A stretch of 32,000 bases of DNA from Thermofilum pendens Hrk 5 (GTDB lineage: Archaea > Thermoproteota > Thermoprotei > Thermofilales > Thermofilaceae): the NCBI RefSeq assembly GCF_000015225.1, contig NC_008698.1:1380001-1412000 (forward strand), in the 5' to 3' direction. The position numbers and the translations under genes were made by a program. This document shows positions 1 to 7,209 of the stretch, piece by piece. A model generated the notes under the pieces. That model had not been told where the DNA came from and ran no database searches. It saw only the letters and a list, made by a program, of their open reading frames with translations. Position 1 is the stretch's first letter, and every line of letters starts with the position of its first letter.

Positions 1-1356
1 GAGGAGGGCAAGGACATAATAGACTCCGCCGTCATCGGCTACGCCAGGTCGCGGGGGCTGAGGCTCGAAGCCTACAGGCGCGTATCCTTCACGCCGTTCG
101 ACCCATCCCTGAAGAGGTCCGAGGCGGTTGTTGAGCACGACGGGGCCCGCTTCAAGGCAGTCAAGGGTGCGCCGCAGGTAGTCCTGGAGCTGTGCAACGG
201 GGCGCCCCGCGAGGCCGAGGAGGCGCTCGAAGAGCTGTCCAGGAGGGGCTACAGGGTGCTAGCCGTCGCGAGGTCCCCGGACAACGACCTCGACACCCTT
301 ACGCCAGTAGGGTTGCTGGCCCTCGCCGACCCCGTGAGGCCGGACTCCAAGGCCTTGATAGAGGAGCTTAAAAGCCTCGGGATAAAGCCCATGATGCTCA
401 CGGGAGACAACGTCGCCATCGCCAGGGAGGTCGCGCGCCAGGCTTCGATAGGGGACAGGGTCGTATCGTTCGCCGAGTTCAAGCGGCTAAGCAGGGACGA
501 GAAGCTGAGGCTCGTCGATACGTACGACGGCTTCGCCGAGGTGTACCCGGAGGACAAGTACGAGATCGTGCGCCTACTCCAGGAGAAGGGGCACATGGTG
601 GGCATGACGGGGGACGGGGTCAACGACGCCCCAGCCCTCAAGCAGGCGGAGATGGGCATCGCCGTCAGCAACGCGACGGACGTCGCAAAGGCTTCCGCCA
701 GCGTGGTGCTCACCGAGGAGGGGCTCAAGGGGATAGTCAAGGCGATAGTCGTGAGCAGGCAGGTGTACCAGAGGCTACTCTCCTGGGTCGTGAACAAGGT
801 GGTCAAAGTCGTACAGTTCATCGGCATGCTCGCGCTGGGCTTCTTCTGGCTCAACAGGCTCCTGCTGGGGCTACTCGACATGACGCTCCTCCTCCTCGCG
901 AACGACTTCTCCACGATGTCCCTGGCGACGGACAACGTCAAGCATACGAGCAACCCGAACAAGTGGAACGTGAGGAACATCACGCTCGCATCCCTCGCCG
1001 TCGGCATACTCATGGTCGCGGAAGGCATGCTGGCAATAGCGCTCGGCATGAGGTACCTAGGCCTCGAGGAGAAACAGCTCAGGAGCTTCACGCTCCTACT
1101 ACTCGTGTACTCGAGCCAGTTCAGAGTGTACATCGTGAGGGAGAGGAAGCACTTCTGGTCCTCGAGGCCCGGCAACGCGCTCCTAGCCTCGATCACCGCC
1201 ACTATAGCCGTGTTCACCGCGATGGCCGTGCTCGGAGTCCTGATGACACCCCTTACTCCGCTCCAAGCACTCTTCGCGCTAGGCTACACCGCCGCCTTCA
1301 CGCTGGGAGTAGTAGACCCCGTCAAGTACGTCGCGTTCAAGAAGTTCCAGCTCTAA
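1..1356 (+). CDS. P-type cation-transporting ATPase, C-terminal part (5' end outside the window); motif pattern resembles type III H+/Mg2+-like pumps
   Basis: Frame 1 is open from nt 1 (EEGKDIIDSAVIGYARSRGL...) and runs into the 256..1356 ORF. P-domain/hinge motifs MLTGDN and GMTGDGVNDAPALKQAEMGIAV. Hydrophobic C-terminal helices. TAA at 1354-1356. Confidence 0.9.
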   Translation, partial: EEGKDIIDSAVIGYARSRGLRLEAYRRVSFTPFDPSLKRSEAVVEHDGARFKAVKGAPQVVLELCNGAPREAEEALEELSRRGYRVLAVARSPDNDLDTLTPVGLLALADPVRPDSKALIEELKSLGIKPMMLTGDNVAIAREVARQASIGDRVVSFAEFKRLSRDEKLRLVDTYDGFAEVYPEDKYEIVRLLQEKGHMVGMTGDGVNDAPALKQAEMGIAVSNATDVAKASASVVLTEEGLKGIVKAIVVSRQVYQRLLSWVVNKVVKVVQFIGMLALGFFWLNRLLLGLLDMTLLLLANDFSTMSLATDNVKHTSNPNKWNVRNITLASLAVGILMVAEGMLAIALGMRYLGLEEKQLRSFTLLLLVYSSQFRVYIVRERKHFWSSRPGNALLASITATIAVFTAMAVLGVLMTPLTPLQALFALGYTAAFTLGVVDPVKYVAFKKFQL

Positions 1357-1370
1357 GCCCGCCGGCGGGC
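1357..1370. terminator. Perfect 14-nt GC palindrome GCCCGCCGGCGGGC filling the gap between two convergent stop codons
   Basis: Read directly: TAA (1354-1356), then the palindrome, whose last base is the first base of CTA (1370-1372, TAG on the minus strand). Function as a bidirectional 3'-end hairpin is inferred only. Confidence 0.25.
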
Positions 1371-2551
1371 TAGGCGTACGGCTGGAATAGCAGGAGGGTG
1401 CCCGCGGCTATTAGGAGGAGCCCCGAAAGCCTGTTCACGAGGTCCTCCCTGTAGAGGGCGCGCTCGAAGAGCGAGGCAACCTTCCCGGAGCCCGACAGCG
1501 CGAGCGCGAGCACCGAGCTGGTCCCGAGGGAGTAGCCGAGCGCCAGGTACAGCGCCTCCGAGAAGTCCTCCATGCTTGTACCCACCACTGCCAGGAAGGG
1601 GCCGAGCACGAGGGGGAGGTTGCACTGAACGGACAAGAAGCCGAAGAGGCCGCACCTACCGTACACGCCCAGCCTGCCCCCCGGGAGAACGGCCGGGAGG
1701 TCAACCCTGTAGCCAGCAACCCCCGAAGCCCCCAGTAGCAGGAGGAGGATGGCGGTGAAGGATGTCAGGACGGCGTGGGCCACCGAGAGTGCCTTGGAGA
1801 GCAGGGCGAAGAGCAACCCCAAGGCGAGTATACTCGACGCGGAAGCCGCGAAGCACCCGCCAGCCATCCTGGACGCCCTAGCCCCTACCCTCGCGGAAGC
1901 CGCGGCGTGGGCTATGAGCAGGGGGAGGGTGCAGGGGGAGAACGCCGCAAGGACACCGGCGAAGAACGAGACTACCGCCGCCACCAGGGGCAGGCCGGAG
2001 CCCTGGCTCCTCGGCTCCACGGGGCAGGACCCGGCCTCGCAGGAGTTTCCCTGGGGCGCGCCGGCCTGGGGCAGTGGCTGGACCAGGGATGCGAGAACCC
2101 AGCTGAGCATGGACTGCGTGACGTTAGGTCCCGGGAATTCCCCCACGTACCTCGCGGCAACCCTTCCGTCCAGGAAGAGTATGTACGTCGGGGTCGACGT
2201 CACGCCGTACTTGTAGAAGGCTTCCGCGGTTCCCTCCCCGAGCCTCACCACGTAGAAGCGGACGGCGAGCACCCCGCCCCGGCTGGCTAAGGCCGCCCAG
2301 TAGGGCTCCATCTTCTCGCAGACCGGGCACGTGGGCGACGAGAACATAATGGCTACCGCCCCTCCAGAGCTGACGGCGGAGTACACCTCGCTGGAGGACG
2401 CCAGGAGGTACGGCTCGGCCGGCCGTTGCGAGCGGGCGTAGAGGAGAGCCACGCTCAGCACTGCGGATAGCGCGACCATGGCTACGAGAGCCCGCCAGCC
2501 CAGCCTCCTGCTCTTCGCCGGTGAGTTTAGGCTCAGCTTCCATGTCTTCAT
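1370..2551 (-). CDS. Membrane thiol:disulfide oxidoreductase: N-terminal anchor + thioredoxin-fold domain (CPVC) fused to a CcdA/DsbD-like transmembrane domain
   Basis: Motifs FSSPTCPVCEKMEPYW (Trx CxxC), AFSPCTLPLL and FLSVQCNLPLV (the two CcdA membrane Cys motifs). Preferred start is ATG at 2551 (MKTWKLSL...), with a TATA-like AATATTAC at 2577-2584. The 47 upstream codons of the track ORF look non-coding. Confidence 0.8.
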   Translation of the reverse strand: MKTWKLSLNSPAKSRRLGWRALVAMVALSAVLSVALLYARSQRPAEPYLLASSSEVYSAVSSGGAVAIMFSSPTCPVCEKMEPYWAALASRGGVLAVRFYVVRLGEGTAEAFYKYGVTSTPTYILFLDGRVAARYVGEFPGPNVTQSMLSWVLASLVQPLPQAGAPQGNSCEAGSCPVEPRSQGSGLPLVAAVVSFFAGVLAAFSPCTLPLLIAHAAASARVGARASRMAGGCFAASASSILALGLLFALLSKALSVAHAVLTSFTAILLLLLGASGVAGYRVDLPAVLPGGRLGVYGRCGLFGFLSVQCNLPLVLGPFLAVVGTSMEDFSEALYLALGYSLGTSSVLALALSGSGKVASLFERALYREDLVNRLSGLLLIAAGTLLLFQPYA

Positions 2552-2782
2552 GGCGTAAACCCGTGTATCCAGGTGGAATATTACTGTTTCGCGCAGCCCC
2601 GCGGATGCACGCACCCGATGCGCAGAGAAAGCGTGAAGCCCGCTTGGAGCGCTGGCCCGGGGGCGGGGTGTCCAACGCGCGGTGAGTCCCACCGGCCTTC
2701 ATCCTCGCCGACGCGGGCGCGTCCAGCGGGCTCCCGAAGTATAAGTATATCTAGGGGGTTTAAGCCTTTTCCCTGCGTGAAG

Positions 2783-2789
2783 TTTATTA
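2783..2789 (+). promoter_or_regulatory. TATA box (TTTATTA) for the downstream C/D-box sRNA
   Basis: Centred ~26 nt upstream of nt ~2812, just before the C box at 2815. Confidence 0.45.
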
Positions 2790-2810
2790 CTCCTCTCATG
2801 TTCTGCTAGA

Positions 2811-2869
2811 CTCGGTGATGAATGAACTCCCCGCCTGAGGGGTGAAGAGGTTTCTGGTCGCTGACCTAG
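2811..2869 (+). ncRNA. C/D-box sRNA (2'-O-methylation guide), candidate 1
   Basis: C box GTGATGA 2815-2821; 13-nt spacer; D' CTGA 2835-2838; 3-nt linker; C' GTGAAGA 2842-2848; 12-nt spacer; D CTGA 2861-2864. Self-complementary CTAG on both flanks (2806-2809, 2866-2869). Own TATA at -26. Intergenic. Confidence 0.65.
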
Positions 2870-2871
2870 AA

Positions 2872-2879
2872 TTTATATA
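2872..2879 (+). promoter_or_regulatory. TATA box (TTTATATA) for the 2906/2909 gene
   Basis: Lies 27-30 nt upstream of TTG 2906 / ATG 2909, consistent with a leaderless or near-leaderless transcript. Confidence 0.55.
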
Positions 2880-2908
2880 GCTTTAATTGCCCAAAACCTT
2901 GAAGGTTG

Positions 2909-3445
2909 ATGTTGAAATCCGAGTTCCTGAAGTTACTCGAAGAGGACGCGGAGTTCCGCCACGCGGTGATGGGGCTCCTAGGCATGAGGGAGCTCTTAGA
3001 GCGCTTCGCGAGGCTTGAGGAGAGGTTCAACGAGCTATTGGAGGAGATTAGGGAGCTAAGGAGGATTATCATGGTGGTTAGCCATAGGTTCGGTGTCCTC
3101 ACTGAGTCGGCTTTCCGCGAAGCAATGAAGTACGTGGTAGAGGAGGTACTGGGCGCCGGTGCAGTTAGGAGGGTGACGATGTACGACGAGGAAGGGCTGG
3201 TTTACGGGCACAAGTCCGAGGTAGAGGTAGACCTCGTCGTCAGGGACAGAGAGCACATACTGGTAGAGGTTAAGTCGAGGGTTTCCCGGGGAGACGTCGC
3301 CGAGCTCTACAGGGTTGGCTTGCTCTACGAGAAGCTCTACGGGGTTAAGCCGAGGCTTGTGCTCGTAGGTGGCTTTATCGACACTGATGCTTGGGAGACT
3401 GCGGGCGCTCTAGGCGTGGCTTTGAAGCCGGCTTTGAAGGAGTGA
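2909..3445 (+). CDS. DUF3782-like protein: N-terminal coiled coil + C-terminal PD-(D/E)xK nuclease-fold domain
   Basis: ORF 2906..3445 (TTG 2906, ATG 2909). Heptad-like LEERFNELLEEIRELRR. Nuclease-like core ...SEVEVDLVV...EHILVEVKSR... (D...E-x-K pattern). Confidence 0.55.
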   Translation: MLKSEFLKLLEEDAEFRHAVMGLLGMRELLERFARLEERFNELLEEIRELRRIIMVVSHRFGVLTESAFREAMKYVVEEVLGAGAVRRVTMYDEEGLVYGHKSEVEVDLVVRDREHILVEVKSRVSRGDVAELYRVGLLYEKLYGVKPRLVLVGGFIDTDAWETAGALGVALKPALKE

Positions 3446-3453
3446 CGCGCTAC

Positions 3454-3460
3454 CTTTATC
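3454..3460 (+). promoter_or_regulatory. TATA-like box (CTTTATC) for the second C/D-box sRNA
   Basis: Centre ~26 nt upstream of nt ~3483; the C box starts at 3484. Confidence 0.4.
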
Positions 3461-3480
3461 TCCCCCGCCGCTACTCTAGC

Positions 3481-3535
3481 ACAGTGATGAGCCACGAGTA
3501 TCGGAGCAGTGAAGAGTGGTGACACGGCTGACTAG
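3481..3535 (+). ncRNA. C/D-box sRNA, candidate 2
   Basis: C box GTGATGA 3484-3490; 12-nt spacer; degenerate D' (GGAG 3503-3506); C' GTGAAGA 3509-3515 (identical to candidate 1); exactly 12-nt spacer; D CTGA 3528-3531. CTAG flanks at 3476-3479 and 3532-3535. Confidence 0.55.
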
Positions 3536-3537
3536 CA

Positions 3538-3545
3538 TTTTTATA
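3538..3545 (+). promoter_or_regulatory. TATA box (TTTTTATA) for bcp
   Basis: Centre is 24 nt upstream of the GTG start at 3566 (leaderless geometry). Confidence 0.55.
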
Positions 3546-3565
3546 CCTCCCAAGCGGTAGCTTGA

Positions 3566-4036
3566 GTGGTGTCGGGCGTGGTCTCGGTCGGGGAGCAGGC
3601 GCCGGACTTCGAGGCTGAAAGCACGGGCGGGGTGTTCAGGCTAAGCTCGCTCAGGGGTAGGAGGGTCGTGCTCTTCTTCTTCCCCAAGGCCTTCACGCCT
3701 GGTTGCTCGCGCGAGCTCTCCGAGTTCAGTGAGCTGTACGAAGAGTTCAAGAGGCTCGGCGCGGAGGTCGTCGGCGTCAGCGCCGACAAGGTGAACACCC
3801 TTAGGAAGTTCGCGAAGAGGTACAACGCGGCCTTCAACCTCGTATCCGACCCATCCCTGGAGGTCGCCGGCAAGTACGGCGTCGTGGGAAGGTCCGGGAA
3901 GACCGCCGAGAGGGTTACCTTCGTTATAGACGAGCAGGGAGTGGTTAGAGCGGTGCTCAGGGACCTGCCGAGGGCGGAGGACCACCCGCACGCCGCCCTG
4001 GAAGCCCTGAAGAGCCTAGCCGGCCAGCAGCCCTAG
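3566..4036 (+). CDS. bcp: Peroxiredoxin, Bcp/PrxQ type (thiol peroxidase)
   Basis: Motif VVLFFFPKAFTPGCSRE (peroxidatic Cys in TPGC). Typical size of 156 aa. GTG start. Confidence 0.9.
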   Translation: MVSGVVSVGEQAPDFEAESTGGVFRLSSLRGRRVVLFFFPKAFTPGCSRELSEFSELYEEFKRLGAEVVGVSADKVNTLRKFAKRYNAAFNLVSDPSLEVAGKYGVVGRSGKTAERVTFVIDEQGVVRAVLRDLPRAEDHPHAALEALKSLAGQQP

Positions 4037-5412
4037 CGTCTAGCCAGCACGGGGTTGGCTATAGCCCTTACAACGGCGTCCTCGCTTAGAGGGTCGTCGA
4101 ACGGGTACTCAGCGCTGGCCAGCAGGGGTAGCGCGTAGAAGCCGTCCCCGGAGTGCTCGACGCTAGCCTTGACAACCGAGCTGTCGCCGTCCACGAAGCC
4201 CAGCTTAACCACACCGCCCGGGGTGAGCAGTAGAACCACGGAGCCGGCGCCGCCCTCGACGAACACCTCGATGCTCTCAACCCTGGGGAGAAGCCTCGAC
4301 GTCTCCAGGCTTGCCTCGGCGCCGCCGCCCCGGGCTCGGTAGACGAGCCTGGGCCCCGAGGGGTTCTCGGTGACGTAGACCCTGCCGAGCCTCAGCGACT
4401 TGAGGAACTCATCCTCGCTCAGCCTCTCCATGTACACCACGGTCGTCGGCTCCCCCAGCCTCGGTATCCCCTCCTCCCGTGCGACCCTGTGCGCGTCGCT
4501 ACCCCCCACCGCCACGACGTCCCTCCCCCTCTCCAACAGCTCCACGTACTTCCTGAGGGACAAGTAGTTGAAGTACTCCCAGACGGTCTGCCAGACCTCC
4601 AGCCCGTCGACGCGGTCCTCGTTCCCCAGTAGCCAGGGGTAGTCCGGCTTGGGGTGGTTGATGGACGTGAAGTAGCCGCGCCGCTTAGCCTCCTCAATAA
4701 CCCTCCGCGCGTCGCCCTCGCTCCTAGCCCTGAAGTCCACCCAGCTCCTCACGCCGAAGAGGTTCATGTGCCCGTAGTACGTCGTTACCTCCATCCCCGG
4801 GAACACCCTCGCCGGCCCCGCCGTGGACAAGCACTCGGCGACGTGGCTTACGGTATTGTGGTCCGTGAGCACGACGAAGTCGAGCCCCTTCCCGCTGGCT
4901 ATGCGTGCAAGCTCGGCGACGCTGGCGTCCCCGTCGCTGTGCACGGAATGGACGTGCAAGTCCCCCTTAAACCACCCGGGGCCCCGCGCCCCGCCTCCCC
5001 CGCCGGCGGGCTGCGGAACGCGAGCCTCCTCCCCCCGCTCGGAGCCGAGGAGCTCTACCCTAACCTCGTACTCACAACCGCACTCGGGGATCTTGTAGAG
5101 CCCGAGCAAGATGTGCCACGTACCCGGCGTGATGTCTCCCGGGAGGTAGCCGGGCGTAGCGTACCGCCTGCCCACCACGAACCTCTTCTTGTTCGTACCG
5201 CTCCAGCCCCTGAACACCGAGGGATCCGCGGGGAAGGACGGGTCGCCCGGCGAGAAGAGCCCTATGTCCACCTCGCACTCGCCGCTCCCCGCCGCCCTGT
5301 AGCTGTACTCAACCTCTATAGCCTCGACGCCCTCCGGCACCTCGAACGGCAGGAGAACGAACTCGTACTTCTCCTTGTCCTCCCGAGTCAAGACACCCTT
5401 AAAGCTCGCCAT
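4033..5412 (-). CDS. PHP-domain metallohydrolase (CehA/McbA-like) with an N-terminal beta-sandwich-like domain
   Basis: Motif GDLHVHSVHSDGDASVAELARIASGKGLDFVVLTDHNT plus later GGSDAH. Preferred start is ATG 5412 (MASFKG...) because GGATATATT (5435-5443, minus strand) lies 27 nt upstream. The track ORF extends to 5445. Confidence 0.8.
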   Translation of the reverse strand: MASFKGVLTREDKEKYEFVLLPFEVPEGVEAIEVEYSYRAAGSGECEVDIGLFSPGDPSFPADPSVFRGWSGTNKKRFVVGRRYATPGYLPGDITPGTWHILLGLYKIPECGCEYEVRVELLGSERGEEARVPQPAGGGGGARGPGWFKGDLHVHSVHSDGDASVAELARIASGKGLDFVVLTDHNTVSHVAECLSTAGPARVFPGMEVTTYYGHMNLFGVRSWVDFRARSEGDARRVIEEAKRRGYFTSINHPKPDYPWLLGNEDRVDGLEVWQTVWEYFNYLSLRKYVELLERGRDVVAVGGSDAHRVAREEGIPRLGEPTTVVYMERLSEDEFLKSLRLGRVYVTENPSGPRLVYRARGGGAEASLETSRLLPRVESIEVFVEGGAGSVVLLLTPGGVVKLGFVDGDSSVVKASVEHSGDGFYALPLLASAEYPFDDPLSEDAVVRAIANPVLARR

Positions 5413-5434
5413 AAAAAGAACGGCGCGCCGAGGC

Positions 5435-5443
5435 AATATATCC
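5435..5443 (-). promoter_or_regulatory. TATA box for the PHP gene
   Basis: Minus-strand GGATATATT lies 27 nt upstream of ATG 5412. Confidence 0.45.
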
Positions 5444-5821
5444 ATGTCGCAGAGAAAGCCTATAACAACTAGGCATCGAAGAACTGTACACTATTCAACA
5501 GTTAGCGCGCGCCTGGGCTTTAAGCTACAGTTGAGCTTACGTCTCACGATGTTCAAGGTAAATGTCTCTAGCCTCTATAGAGCCGCAACGCTACGGCCGT
5601 CCTCTTCCACTCCTAAGGGTCGGTTTAATTATTTTTCATAAGTTTTCACTGTTGCGATTGAAATGATCCCTGAAATACGAAGGATGGCTGAAATAGAGTT
5701 TTATTACGGCGGCCAGAAGCAGCCAAGGAAGAACGCCTCGCGCGCTGCGCGCGCCTTAATACGTAACGAAGGTTTACACCTAAATCGTAATAAAGCTGAC
5801 TCCGTAGGTTCTTAAAAATAG

Positions 5822-6231
5822 GTGGGATGTACGAGCATCGAAGACGTCAATAGGTTAATCAGGAGAGCTAGCAGGTTTAGGGATGATGCTGAGAGAGCAT
5901 TCAACGACGTTACTACGACCTGGCTTGCTTCTACGCTGAGCAATCAACTCAATTAAGGCTGAAGGCATTTATATTGAGGCATATGGGCTTTATGCCGAGG
6001 ATCCACGATATTAGGGAGTTGCTAGCGATTATTTATAAGTACACGCGGGACAGTAGGGTTGATGAGTTGATGAGGAGGTTTAGGAGGGAGTTGAGGGACC
6101 TTGTAGAGGGCTACGTAGTAGCTAGGTACGGCAGTATCGATTATAGCCGCGATGACGCCGAGGTTTGCATTGGATTGATGAGGGATTTATGGAGGTTGAT
6201 TGAGAGTGTCGAGGGCGGATGCGTACGTTGA
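5822..6231 (+). pseudogene. HEPN-domain protein (PF05168-like) disrupted by a 1-nt frameshift
   Basis: Frame 2 from GTG 5822 gives ..SIEDVNRLIRRASRFRDDAERAFND. Frame 1 from 5911 continues YYDLACFYAEQSTQLRLKAFILRHMGFMPRIHDIRELL...VVARYGSIDYSRDDAE.. to TGA 6229-6231. The two halves together make one typical ~135-aa HEPN. The junction at 5909-5910 (aacgac-gt-tactac) lacks one base of an expected GGT codon. Confidence 0.75.
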
Positions 6232-6247
6232 CTTCGTTAGGGAGAAG

Positions 6248-6607
6248 ATGAGGCTGTTGTCTAGGTTTCGCGAGCTAGCGCCGTCTGTGCTCAGCGTGGT
6301 TAAGCGTGTGCTGAGTGAGTATGGAGTTGACGACGAGATATTCTTCTTCGGATCCATCGTTGACGGTAAGTACACGGCTGCAAGCGATGTGGATATCGCT
6401 GTGGTGGTTAGGGAGGTGCCGAGGAATAGGTCCGAGATCGCCGGTAAGATTGTGGAGGAGTTAGAAAAAATAGGCGTACCGAGTTGGTTCCCACTTGAGA
6501 TACACTTTCTAACCCCGGACTTATTCGAGGCACTTAGGAGAGGCGGTGCGAACTTTGTCCGGGCTGAGGACTTCGTAGGAACGGCTAACGGCGCTAATGA
6601 GAAGTAA
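6248..6607 (+). CDS. Minimal nucleotidyltransferase (MNT), partner of the upstream HEPN
   Basis: Motif IFFFGSIVDGKYTAASDVDIAVVV (GS...D-x-D). ATG 6248 is preceded by GGGAGAAG. The track ORF starts at TTG 6200, overlapping the HEPN 3' end. Confidence 0.85.
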   Translation: MRLLSRFRELAPSVLSVVKRVLSEYGVDDEIFFFGSIVDGKYTAASDVDIAVVVREVPRNRSEIAGKIVEELEKIGVPSWFPLEIHFLTPDLFEALRRGGANFVRAEDFVGTANGANEK

Positions 6608-6802
6608 ACTGTGAAATCCCCGCAGCTCGTCCGAAGCAATTCACTGGGGACTGCGCGCTTAACGCGTGTCGAAGTTCTTCACTGCATCGCGCGATGCCGT
6701 GAAGGTTGCACTAAAAGAGCCTTCATAAGCTCGTAACGGGGTAAGCGCGCGTGCCGCGCGCGGGAACCACCCATGTGTTTGGATGGGGTGGGGCTCGCTG
6801 AG

Positions 6803-7132
6803 CTAGGGATCGATTCCTAGCTTGCTGAGTATTAATGCTGTTAGCCTGGATGCCGCTCTAGCTAGTTCCAAGGCTCTCTCGGCATCGCTCCTCGTGTACA
6901 CTTCCCACGGTAGTAGGCCTCTTTCGGGCTCGCCGTACGTAGCTCTGCCGTGCTCGGGGGCTAACGTTTTCGCGATGTCGGCTAGCTCTGCGGCCTCTCT
7001 CTGCGCGTCAGCGGGTATCGAGCCTAAGAGAGATAGGAGTTCGCCGGATGGGTCGTGGCTCCAGCTCGGCACCCTGAAGTAAGCTATTACTGCTTTAGCG
7101 TAGTTCTCGACAGCTAGTTGCGCACTTCCCAC
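6803..7132 (-). CDS. HEPN-domain protein (second copy); start codon uncertain
   Basis: Motifs AVENYAKAVIAYFRVPSWSHDP...LAPEHGRATYGEPE...SDAERALELA. The frame stays open and HEPN-like (YLREAEEAYRRGDWRAT) up to 7192, but the first ATG/GTG/TTG is GTG 7130-7132. Confidence 0.7.
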   Translation of the reverse strand: MGSAQLAVENYAKAVIAYFRVPSWSHDPSGELLSLLGSIPADAQREAAELADIAKTLAPEHGRATYGEPERGLLPWEVYTRSDAERALELARAASRLTALILSKLGIDP

Positions 7133-7209
7133 GGTCGCCCTCCAGTCCCCCCTTCTGTACGCTTCCTCGGCTTCCCTCAGGTACCCCCTGGGCTAGCCTT
7201 AACCTGTAT

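Noticed and set aside
249-1217. A 322-aa ORF antisense to the P-type ATPase, and similar long alternative-frame ORFs throughout (963-1373, 1749-2290, 2124-2702, 4654-5472, 10645-11556, 12087-12893, 16337-16996, 24199-24987, 30564-31628).
   Set aside because: High GC makes stop codons rare in non-coding frames. These ORFs overlap genes with clear family motifs. Their products are Arg/Pro/Ser/Ala-rich low-complexity strings without motifs.
5642-5664. GTTTTCACTGTTGCGATTGAAAT resembling a crenarchaeal CRISPR repeat.
   Set aside because: There is only one copy in the window, with no regularly spaced repeats and no cas genes. It cannot be called a CRISPR array and is kept only as a low-interest note.
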